Positions 14,901 through 26,900 of a stretch of DNA of 64,000 bases are shown piece by piece; positions within the stretch are counted from its first letter, which is position 1; every line of letters starts with the position of its first letter. The position numbers and the translations under genes were made by a program. Source of the DNA: Lytechinus pictus (taxonomy: Eukaryota); NCBI RefSeq assembly GCF_037042905.1, contig NC_087252.1, forward strand, positions 19,408,001 to 19,472,000, in the 5' to 3' direction. The notes below the pieces were generated by a model that was given only the letters and a program-made list of their open reading frames with translations, did no database searches and was not told where the DNA came from.

Positions 14901-17900
14901 CTCGAGCGGGGCCTATATCACGATTTTGCCGGAAAAGGCCGTGATGCATGCTATCTTGAGCTAGGGCTTTCTACACTTACAAATACAAGAACAAATCGTG
15001 CGAAAGCATATAGTTAATGTTTGCCTTTGGTCCCACGTGCTAAAATTTATGTACGGTACGAAAGTTGGACTATGAAACTGTGCGACAATGCCAATGTGAT
15101 TGTAATTTTGTATGTTTGCTTGTCAGCGCATTCCACACTTTGGCTTCGGCTGCCGTGCCCGTGTTGTTTGATTGGCACTCATTTGCCAAGATCCTTCTAT
15201 AATGCCCCCCCCCTAAAAAAAATATCTGTAGTGTAGGGTACAGCACTCATGTCATGGCGTAGCTAGGATTTTTTTCCCGGGGGGGGGGGGCACTAGGGGG
15301 TCCTTGCTTTTTCAGGGGGGCCGGCACCGGCCATTTTTCCGGTGTGTGTATATGTGTCACATGGGCGGATCCGACTTTCGCCAATAGGGGACGGGGCCCG
15401 AAATTATCTTCACCTAGGCCTATATCAGTCACTTCTTAGTTTTATTCTTATAAAACAACGTAAACATGAAATAATCTCATAAGCCTTATAAAAAGTGCGA
15501 GCGCGAAGCGCGAGCGATTTTTTTTTTTTTACTTTCATGTATTTTTTCCTGAAAATGTAATTTTCTGGGCAATGTTATGTGTGATCCTGAACAAGATTTG
15601 TATGTAACCAGATGGTTACTGCGAACGCCAAGCGCGAACAGAAATTTTTATCAACTGTTCTAGCATTATCGAAAAGGGACCTGTTAAGGACTACTTACAG
15701 TTACCCACGAAGACGGTAAATATTTCAATAATGCGAGCGCGAAGCGCGAGCAAATTTTTTGACATTCCGACCTAAAAAATGGTCATTCTAAGCACTTTTT
15801 GTATTAATAAATGGGATAGGTATGTAACTAAACAATTGATGCGAGCGCGAAGCGCGAGAGGAAGAAAATTGAGATTTTAGACCTAAAAGCGGGACACTCT
15901 ATTCATATTTTGTAAATCATAAATAGGATATAGTCAATTGGGTATCATTAATAATGCGATTGTGAAGCGTGAGCAGACAATTATTGATATTCTGATGTGA
16001 AACTGGATAATTTAAGTACATTTTAAATAAAGAACACGCAGGCTATCGCGCATGTTTTAGATTTAGACCTAGAATCTGGGCATATTCTGAATACATTTGT
16101 TTAGTGGAACATTATGGAATACACGTAGACAATATGAACTTGGCAAATGAAACAATGTGACCACGCAGCGTGAGCTTAAAATGCTGATATGTAGACCATA
16201 AAACGGACATTTTACAGAGCACTTAAATTTGTAAATGAAAAAAAACAATGAAAGCTTGATGTCCGAGCTAAAATATGTTTTGCATATTGACTTCAAAACT
16301 TGCTCCATATCAGCCTATTGAGCAACATATGAATCTCATCGAACAGGCAATTCTGGCAAAAATTTTATATAATAACATGAAAAGATTTGTTTTTTAATTG
16401 CAAGTCTTCCCCTCACATTATTTCATTCACCCCTCTTCCTCCTCTTATTTTCCTCTTCTTTTTTTTCTTCTGTCTTTCTTCTTCTTTTCCTTTTTTTCTT
16501 TTCTTCTTTTCCTTTTTTCTTTTCTTCTTTCTCCCTTTTTTTTTGGCTCTGCCAATTTTTTCTGGGGGGGGGGGGGGCACACCAAATCTCAGGGGGGGCA
16601 CGTGCCCCCCAGGCCCCCCCGTAGCTACGCCACTGAGAGCACTCATCCTACGATTCCTACCCCTACCTTTTGCTGTATGGCGAATGGTCGGGGATGACGA
16701 GTGGTCTAGAGTATACTAGTAGCAGCTTCTGACATGTCAACTGTGATTTAATCTAATTCTTTAAAATATTGAGAAGTTTTTAAAAATGCAATCACTTTTG
16801 TAAGTTATAATTAGGTCTAGACCAAAGTGGCATGCCCTCAAACTGAAAAAAAAGTTCAAGTTCAGTTTCTGGGACGTTTGTTCAATGAATGGGGATGGAA
16901 GTATAATGTCAAATTATTAAATTAATCCCCGGAAACATTGGTTCTTCCTATTCGGATAATCCTATCTATAAATTTTGAGTGATTATTTCAGTATTAGTAG
17001 CCCATCTTAGTAGGAGACTCGGTATGAATATGAAATGTGTGGTGCTCAGCCTCGATCGGATGAGGAAATTAGGACTCAGCAAACGTTATCCCAGCCTGAC
17101 AGCGTAAATTGCCAAAATTTGTTATAAAATGAACATGAATATAATGAACGTTTTGTGCATATATACTAGTAAACATTTACAGGAGGAAGGGGGAAGAACG
17201 ATATATTTACACACTTTTTTGTTGCCTGTTTTCAGAATGGCTTTATCACAAGCTATATTTTTAAGGGTGTTTGTCCCTTGTTTTGATGGTTTCATTTATC
17301 TTCATTTTTTCATATTTCTCCTAAGAATGTAGCCAAAATTGATGTGCATTAAAATCTATGTTTTTTCTGGGAAAGTTGGTATATAATACTTTAATATCTT
17401 TTTACTTGTTCATGATTCCTTTTTTTTTCGTTCACAAATATGTAGAGAAATATATCCCAATCATTTGTAAAATAATATTAATGCGATCTTGCAATTGGAG
17501 AAGATATTCCTTTTGGATTCCGAGATCCTTTATGGGCCCTGTTTCATGAAGAGTTATAATCCGTTTTATAAGATCTTAAGATTGCAACCTTGACTGTGAG
17601 CAAATGCTGAGCCATATTACCATGGTATAATGGCAGTGTTAGACAGATGGCAAGTGGACGTCCTTCATGAAACAGAGTTTATCCGTGATTTTAGTTTTAA
17701 TTTGTCAGAGTTTGCATTAAATATGCTCCTGTTTATTTGACAAGTTTTTAAGATTATAAATCATTTTGGTTTAGTCTGGATGTTCTTGTGTATTTGACAA
17801 GTTTTTGAATTTTTTTTAAAATTCATACAGATAGAAGGAATACTGCAGTCTGGAGAGTATGCTAATTCAAATGTGACCATCTTGGGATTTAGGTAAATTA

Positions 17901-20900
17901 GCTTCATTTGTTATTCAAACTAGACATATACAGCTACTAAGGATTAGGAATAAATATTAAAAAAATAACATTATAACTAGTTGTGGCCCCAGTCATGGGT
18001 TTCCCCGATGTTGCAGAAATGGTAATAAAATTAAGTTTACTGAGCATTGGAGGTTTTTGTCACCATCACAGGGCTGCCAAGTCTCCTGATTATCAAGAAG
18101 ACCCTGTAAATTGACTGATTTTCAAGCTAAAAACAGCAGATATTCTACATCTCTCTGATTTATCACTTGATTTCTGCCATGGGATTTTGTTTAGTTTACC
18201 CTCCTCGGTAAACTCCCCCTGAAAGTTGACCACATTCACAAACACACTTCCCATTTCTCATACCTGAACCACCATCGACAAAGATGGAATCACACATTAA
18301 AGTCGCACACGTAATGATCTTGAATTAATTCTGTAAAAAAAAAATGAATGGAAACAATATACCATTTCATTTTTACATACCAACGGTTTGAACTTTACTC
18401 AACTGATGCCAATTTTCATCACAGAGAGTGGTTTGCGTGACTATAAAATTAGTCATTCTTCCAATTAATTGGTCCATAGATGGAGTAAAATTATAAACCC
18501 TCCTTAAATTCATACTTAATGCAGTATCTTACTGCTTTTCTGAGGAAAAATCTGTTGTCTGATTTTCTTTGTGTTTCAGAATGAAATAGGTTACTCATAA
18601 GTGGCCATTTAAATTCACTCTTTTTTATATTTAAAAATTTGTAAGGCCTGGGAGTATCGTCGCTATTATTGTGATCGTAACCGACATGTTACCAGAAGAA
18701 CTCGTTGACGTTCTTGTCGATGTTGGCATTGACGTCCTTGCGGATATCATCGGTGAAGAATTAGTTGCACAACTCACAGAGGGCCTTGTTAATGAAAGTG
18801 CCGCTGTTGAACTTTCTAATGGTATGTATTACTCAGGACTGCATTAGGTTCAAACCCAATTTTAAGGGGAAGTTCACTAAGAGCATAAAGTGTACATGTA
18901 TGTGTGTTGATAAATATATACAAAATAGAGAATGATTTTACTTTTGCATTCATCATATCATCCAATTTATCTTTTCATGTCCGTTTGTATAAGAAAAATA
19001 TTTTCAGTAATAATGAACCATTAAAAATTTGAATTTATGGAATTAAGGGAAAAATCAAGAAACAATTTGAGAAAATTATTGATGAAGGTTTGACGAAATT
19101 CCTCAAAAAATGAGTGTTATTGATATTCACAAATACAAATTTGTGACACTACGTGTGAGCAGCCATTCCATGTATGAAATGATGTGTTGATATGATGAAT
19201 GCGGGAGTGAAATCATTCTGAATTTTCTGAGAAAAGTGCACTTTATGGAATTTGTATCATGACCAATTGGAGAGCTGCTCATACATGACATCACAAAAAA
19301 CAAATTTAAAAAATCCAGAATTATGTTAATCTTTGAGGATTCACGCCAAATATTCACCAATGTGTTTCTTTTGTTTTTCAGCTTCATGCCAGGGTGACCT
19401 TCCCCTTTAACTTGCAAAAAATTATTTGAAATATTATTGTAATGTAATATTGGTACTTAATTGGTAGAAATATGTATTCTTTGAAATGCTATATTGAACA
19501 GGAGTGGCAGCCTGGGGAGCATTCATTCAACATGTGTCATTGGATGTTGTCAGATCTGACACCATTCTCTGAATTTGATTTGCAGAGAAGCATTGTTACC
19601 GTGCTAATAAACAGGACTTGTCCTATGAAAATGGCCAATAAGTCCTTTTATGAAGTGCTCCTCAAGCTAAAGGCAGGGTGATAACGACAGTTTGTTGAGT
19701 ATTCTGAAGATTGGATACAATGCTTATGTACTTGCATCATTATTGCTAGAATTATTCATCTTATTATGATTATTATTATTATTATCATAATTGATTATGT
19801 TCATAGCTCTCTTTTTCTTTCTTTGTTTTCTCTTTCTATTTGATCCTTACAGTTGTAATACTAGAAGCAACCACCACAGGTAAGCATAGCAGTTCCTCCA
19901 GCCATTCTACCACCTGCTCCTCTCCCCTCTTCTACGTACCCCTCCCTTCTTAAGTCCCAGCCCCCCCTCCCCATCCCGGTTTATTCCCAATTCGTCTAAT
20001 GCCAATTTGTCCAATTGCCAACTCGTCTGCTATCATTTGGTCTACCATCAGTTTGTCCACTGACCACATGGTCTACTTTCATTTTGTCTAATAGCCATTC
20101 CGTCTAATAATACCATTTGGTCCAATAGCCATTTATTCCCTGTACTATTTGGTCTAAGTGTTAAATTGTGCAAAATGAATGAAAATGAAATGGATATGAG
20201 ACCAACTGGTTGTGAGACGAAGTGGTCATAGACGAAATGGCGAATAGACAAAGTGATGATTGGACCAAATGGTTGTTTAGACGAAATGTTGATGGACAGA
20301 GTGGCATAAGACTAAATGAAAGTAGACCATGTGGTGAGTGAACAAGTTGGCAGTAGACGAATTGGCAATTTACCCCGGCCCTTGCATCCCCTGTACTGCC
20401 CGTCCCGTCTACCAACCCCTCCTCTCCCCCCTCTACCAACCCCTCATCCTCCCCTCTACTACCCCTCCCTACTAAAGTCCCAGCCCTCCGCTCCCCATCC
20501 CCTGTACTGCCCCTCCCATCTACCAACCCCTCCTCTCCCCCCTCTACCAACCCCTCATCCTCCCCTCTACTACCCCTCCCTACTAAAGTCCCAGCCCTCC
20601 GCTCCCCATCCCCTGACATGCCCCTCCCATCTATGACCCCTTCTCTCCCCCCTCTACCAACCCCTCATCCTCCCCTCTACTACCCCTCCCTACTAAAGTC
20701 CCAGCCCTCCGCTCCCCATCCCCTGTACTGCCCCTCCCATCTACCAACCCCTCCTCTCCCCCCTCTACCAACCCCTCATCCTCCCCTCTACTACCCCTCC
20801 CTACTAAAGTCCCAGCCCTCCGCTCCCCATCCCCTGACATGCCCCTCCCATCTATGACCCCTTCTCTCCCCCCTCTACCAACCCCCATCCTCCCCTCTAC

Positions 20901-23900
20901 TACCCCTCCCTACTATAAAGTCCCAGCCCTCCGCTCCCCATCCCCTGACATGCCCCTCCCATCTATGACCCCTCCTCTCCCCCCTCTACCAACCCCTCAT
21001 CCTCCCCTCTACTACCCCTCCCTACTAAAGTCCCAGCCCTCCGCTCCCCATCCCCTGACATGCCCCTCCCATCTATGACCCCTCCTCTCCCCCCTCTCCC
21101 CCCTCTCCCCCCTCTACCAACCCCCCATCCTCTCCTCTACTACCCCTACCTACTAAAGTCCCAGCCCTCCGCTCCCCATCCCCTGACATGCCCCTCCCAT
21201 CTATGACCCCTCCTCTCCCCCCCTCTACCAACCCCTCATCCTCCCCTCTTCTACCCCTCCCTACTAAAGTCCCAGCCCTCCGCTCCCCATCCCCTGACAT
21301 GCCCCTCCCATCTATGACCCCTCCTCTCCCCCCTCTACCAACCCCTCATCCTCCCCTCTACTACCCCTCCCTACTAAAGTCCCAGCCCTCCGCTCCCCAT
21401 CCCCTGACATGCCCCTCCCATCTATGACCCCTCCTCTCCCCCCTCTGCCAACCCCCCATCCTCCCCTCTACTACCCCTCCCTACTAAAGACCCAGCCCTC
21501 CGCTCCCCATCCCCTGTACTGCCCCTCCCATCTATGACCCCTCCTCTCCCCCCTCTACCAACCCCTCATCCTCCCCTCTACTACCCCTCCCTACTAACAT
21601 CCCTTCCCCACCTGCTGATACCCCCCCTTCTCTACCATCCCCTTCTATCTACCACCCCACCCCACTCCTCCCCTCTACCATTTTCTTCCCATCTACGACA
21701 CCCATCCCCTCCCCTCCATTCCCCCTTTCTCCCTCCTCCATGCACACTCATGAAACAAAATACTGAATGTGATTTCTTTTCTTTCAAGTTTCTAATTAAC
21801 TCTTCTCTTTGCAAATTGAATTAATTCTGAAGTGATCGTTGTTGCAATTGGTCTTTTGATACTTTTGAAAAAAACATTTTTATTCTGTTTACATTTGATA
21901 TTTGTTTTAGGAACAGTAGCCGGTCATTTTTTTCTTTCTCACTATAAAGGAGGAAAGCAATGTACATGACCTATGATTATTCTTCAATCGTAAATTTACA
22001 AATGTACCACTTTGTGTGACAGTTGATCAAATCAATTGATGACTATTATTTGACATACATGGTAACTACTATTATCAAGTTGCGAGAGGCAATCAAAATT
22101 ACCTTGAGAAAAACCATTATGCTAAAGTAAACCGATGGTAATTTATGTGACTGCACTCAGAGGTAAATGGAAATTCGTCCACCCCGGCCGGCACCCCTTC
22201 TTGTTATTTTCAGTGGCAACGTCTACAGGGACAACAACAGAACCTACAACGAGCCCAACAGAAGTCCCAACAGAAACCACTCCAGCAACCACTCCTGAAA
22301 GCACTCTGGGAACTACTCCTGCATCCACACCAGGAGCACCAGATACTACACCAGAAACTACACCAGATACTACACCAGATACGACACCAGAAGTGACACC
22401 AGTGACTACACCAGAAGTGACACCAGTGACTACACCAGAATTGACACCAGTGACTACCCCAATAGTAGAAACTACAACAACAAAAGGTAAGATACAGATT
22501 AAGGTGTTTAATTAGCACCACAACAAGAGATTACCTTTTGGTCCAACCATCACCTGGGGGGTATTTCACAAAGATTTGAGTATGACTTAAATCGCACTTA
22601 AATGCCGACGCGTATCTGAAATACAACGCGCTATCTAAGTGATCAATACGCAGTAGTTGCATGATCTGACCAATGCGATGATGTCTTTTATAACGCACGC
22701 AACTAGGCATTTAAGTGCGACTCTAAGTCATACTTAAATCTTTGTGAAACACCCCCCTGGTCTGATACTTGGTTCATGTAAAGGCCCTGCCACATCGTTC
22801 CTTGCCAGCCTCTCATGTGACTCGCGGGTAAGTATTTTTGCTACCCGCATCAGGGAAAAAAATAAACAGGGGCGGCGGGTGAATTCGCCCGCCACCCTCG
22901 TGGCACTCTGCGCATGATCAGAGGATGGTCATTGGTACTAAAGTGACATGGTGATTTAAAATTTAATGAGATAAGCACCAACTTTGATTATTCATATATT
23001 CTTTTGAATTGTATTTTTCATTTACATCCACAAAAAACAACAATGCGTCCGTGAGCGACTGGTATTTCACAGTTTGTCAAGTGTATTGTACAACATTGCA
23101 ACAAATACCTTCATAGAGTGTTAATTGATGTGCTATTCTAGTCAATTGGTCTATTCAATTTCTTCATCCTGCTATGTAATGCATGCTTACATAAAATCTT
23201 GCTTTGAAATCTGCCTATCCTAATGAAAGAAATGAAAGATCAATTGACCAAGATTGTCCTTGAAGTGACTACGAACTGGAGCCCGTAACACAAACCTTAG
23301 CAATGATCGTATACAAAATTTTCACGATTGATTGCATTGACTGCAATGTACAATCAATCGTAAAATTCAAGCGTATGATCAATCGTTATGCTTTGTCTTA
23401 CAGAGCCCTGAATTGTACACTTGGTCTTAGTGATGAATTTTACACTGTAGCGAATGCAATCAATCTTAAAAAAAATGTTCTATGATGATCGCTAAGCTAT
23501 TTATGAGTCCACTGTTTTGAACTAATGAGCCCACTGTTCAATACAGAAAACTCATGAATGAAAATGCATACTTAGCCATGGAAACGGGCGTCATGAATCT
23601 TTATAGATCTATTTTTTGAAACTTTGACATACAGGTAACAAAGTATAACTGATCATTTTACACAAGTTGTAGGTCACATGATCAAGTACAAAGGCTATTT
23701 TGCATTTTTGAGCGTGTTGTAGTATCAACGTAAAGGAAATTCAACCAAGGTTATGATTTTGAATTTTCAAGATGATATTGAAAGTCCCTATTGTGTAAAA
23801 CTTACATATCATCATTATCAGGTATTAGCAATTGAATTTTAAGTCACTAGGCAAATGTTAATGGTCATTTGAGGTCAATGAATCTAGTATTTTATTATCA

Positions 23901-26900
23901 AAAGTTGTTTTCAAAGTTAGCACTGAGCACTGCCATATCAAATCGCAGAATACAGGCATGTCAGATTTATTCACCATATTCATGTACATCTGTTCCATGC
24001 AAATTCAAAGTGGAAATACCAACGTTCAGATTACATTCAGATTTATTTTTTCGATTGTTGTTTGTGTTGTTGCAGCTCCCTGCTTTGAATGTCCATCTGG
24101 TTCCTCCTATACCTGTGTTTATGATCCTGAATGGATTTGTGATGGCATGGCAGATTGCAATGATGGAGAGGATGAAATGAACTGCCCAGGTAGGATAAAG
24201 TTGTTAAAGGACAAGTCCACCCCTCACAAAAAGTTGATTTGAATAAAAAGAGAAAAATCCAACAAGCATAACACTGAAAATTTCATTGAAATTAGATGTA
24301 AAATAAGAAAGTTGGGACATTTTAAAGTTTCCCTTAATTTCACAAAACAATTTTATGCAAATCCTGGTTGTATAGAAATGAGGAGACTGATGATTTAATC
24401 CACTCACTATTTCTTTTATATTTTATTATAGGAAATATGAAAAATTGTAATTTTCTCCTTGTAAAGTGAAATAACAACTGATTCCTCCCTGAAAATGTGG
24501 AATTAGCATTGTTTAATTATATATGTTTCAGTCAGGTTGGTCCTCATTTTCAAATATGTAAAATATGAGAATTTGTATAATTGAAACAATTAAAAATTCA
24601 AGAAATAGTGAGTGAGGGACATCATGGACTGACTCATTTGCATGTCACTGAGTTGTGCATATCATAATAAGCGAAACTTTAAAATGTTATTCCTATTTAA
24701 CATTCAATTTTGATGAAATTTTCAGTGTTACACTAGTTTGATTTTTATCTATTTTATTCAAATCAACATTTTTCTGGGTGGACTTGACCTTCATGGATCC
24801 CATAACACAGAGGTTAACAATTGATCTACGCTTGATTTTCATGACTGAGACCATAATCTGGTATGTTGGTCGAGGCCAGCCCTGAGGCCACGTTTTGCCG
24901 GCCTTGGCCGAGTCACATGTCCAAAGTCTCCGGCCTCGCGGCTCGGAATTTCTGGCCTTGAATGCATCGCTGACTGCGATTAACGGAAACGCATCTTGTC
25001 GCACGATGTAGTATTTAACAATCAGTGATAATAAGTGTCTTGGCATGAGATATACACTTTATGATAAAAATAAAAGTCTAAAACAGAAGACTTTGGAACC
25101 CGATTCTCAGAATAAGCATGGGGAAAAGTGAAAATTAAAGACTAAAAACACAACATGATCAAACTCCCCAAAAAACAGAATTCATCTATTCCATGCATTT
25201 ACTTTAATTGCATCGAAATGTAGCTAATGAATGCACATGATGATCCTATCAAGAATTTCCATATTACCTGTTCAATTCAAGGGCAATCCCGGGGGGGGGG
25301 GGGGGGGGGGGCACTCAAAACTATTTTTTGATGGGGATGTGCCTCACGAAATCCTGAAATGGGGGTCTAAGGAACTGACCACGAGGGTAAAATACAGGGT
25401 CTTCGGAACTAAATATATACTGGGCGGTGTGAAAAACGGTCTACGGAACAGTAGGTACAGTGCACGCTTGCGCAGTGCATGTGTATATGGGCGCTAGCAG
25501 TGCACGCACCTGCTGGCAGAGGGAGTTCTGAAGCCGTGCGTGCTGCTCTCGCCTGCGGTGCTCGCGCTGGACATTTTGGCAGGGCAAGGGAACTGAGATG
25601 TTTCGTAACAGGTCTTGCAAGCGGGGCGGGACGGCTTCTCAATGGAACTTTTGTCATTCAGAGTATCTAGAGAACTGAAAATGAGGTATGAAAAAGGGGG
25701 TAATCAAAGCGGCACGTCTTTGTACCACCAATATATGTGAGTGCCCCCCCCCCCCCCCTTTGGGGGCAATCGGGTGATGATATTGATAAAGTCTGTTGTT
25801 GCTCAGAGTAGGTTGGTGTTCCAGTTGTTGACTTTTCCAATGATAGATTCTGTATTTTTTTTTATTTTGCACAGTGTCTTGTCCAGACGATCAATTTGGA
25901 TGCCCTTGGCCAGATAATAGCTGTATCGATGAGACACTGATCTGTGACTTTGTGCCTGATTGTACAGCGGGAGGAGATGAAGCTGAGGAAGTGTGTATGG
26001 TCTCTGAAATAACGGGTTAGTATCCTTCACCCCTCCCCCTCCCACTTTTTTCTCCCCACTCCCCCCCTCTCGATTCCTCTCCCAACCTCTTTCTCGCTCT
26101 CTGAGAGGAGATAAAACAGATAACTCGTGTATGGTCTCTCATATAACAGGTAAGTATCCCCCTGCTATTGCCCTCCATCTCCCTCCTAGTCGATTTGACA
26201 GTCCCATAGGCTCAATACACCAACCTAGAAAAGTTCTTTCCGATGAAGTTTTTTTCTTAATTCGTGTTCCTATGGGGTCCTAGAACAAATTCAGCTTGGT
26301 TGCCCAAAGTTGCCGTTTGGGCAATTTTGCTAATTTGCATAAATCCAAAATGGCCGCCAGATGCCATCTTAAAAACTTAACTTTTGAACCCCTTGCCCCA
26401 AAATGATGAGTAATTACTCTTTTTAGGGGTTTAGGAGTGTGTAGAATCCATTTCTATAATCATTTTTGCAATATAACGTCATCTTCAGGTCAAATCAAAG
26501 ATGGCCGCCAGATATGCCATCTTGAAAAATTTACTTTTGATCCCCTTGCCCCATAATGACGAGTAATACCTCTGTTTAGGGGTTTTGGGGTGTGTAGAAT
26601 CTCTTTCTGCTATCTATTTTGCAATATAATGTCATCTTCAGGTCAAATCCAAGATGGCCGCCAGATGATACCATTTTGAAAAAAATTACTTCTGAACCCT
26701 TTGTCCAAGAATCATGAATAATACCTCTTTTCGTGAGTTATTCGATATGTTGATTCCATTTCTGTTAATAATTTTGCAATACAGGATCATTCAGATAAAG
26801 AAGAAAAAAAAGATGGCCGGTAAACGCCATATGAAAAAAAACAACTATCCCCCGAGACTATTGAACCTTGAAGAAGTACTCTCCCAAAAATCGGACATGC

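Larger units (their letters stand above)
4166..14930. mobile_element. 10.8 kb foldback-type DNA transposon with >1 kb TIRs (Merlin-like ends), containing nested insertions
   Basis: GGCATACTCGTGATATAGGCCCCGCTCGAG... is mirrored at the right end; flanks GGAAAATG / GGAAAAGG (8-bp TSD, 1 mismatch); no transposase seen. Confidence 0.85.

Noticed and set aside
20161..21824. Pro-rich extensin-like and Gly/Glu-rich ORFs
   Set aside because: Products of the ~110 bp satellite; the frame shifts between units.
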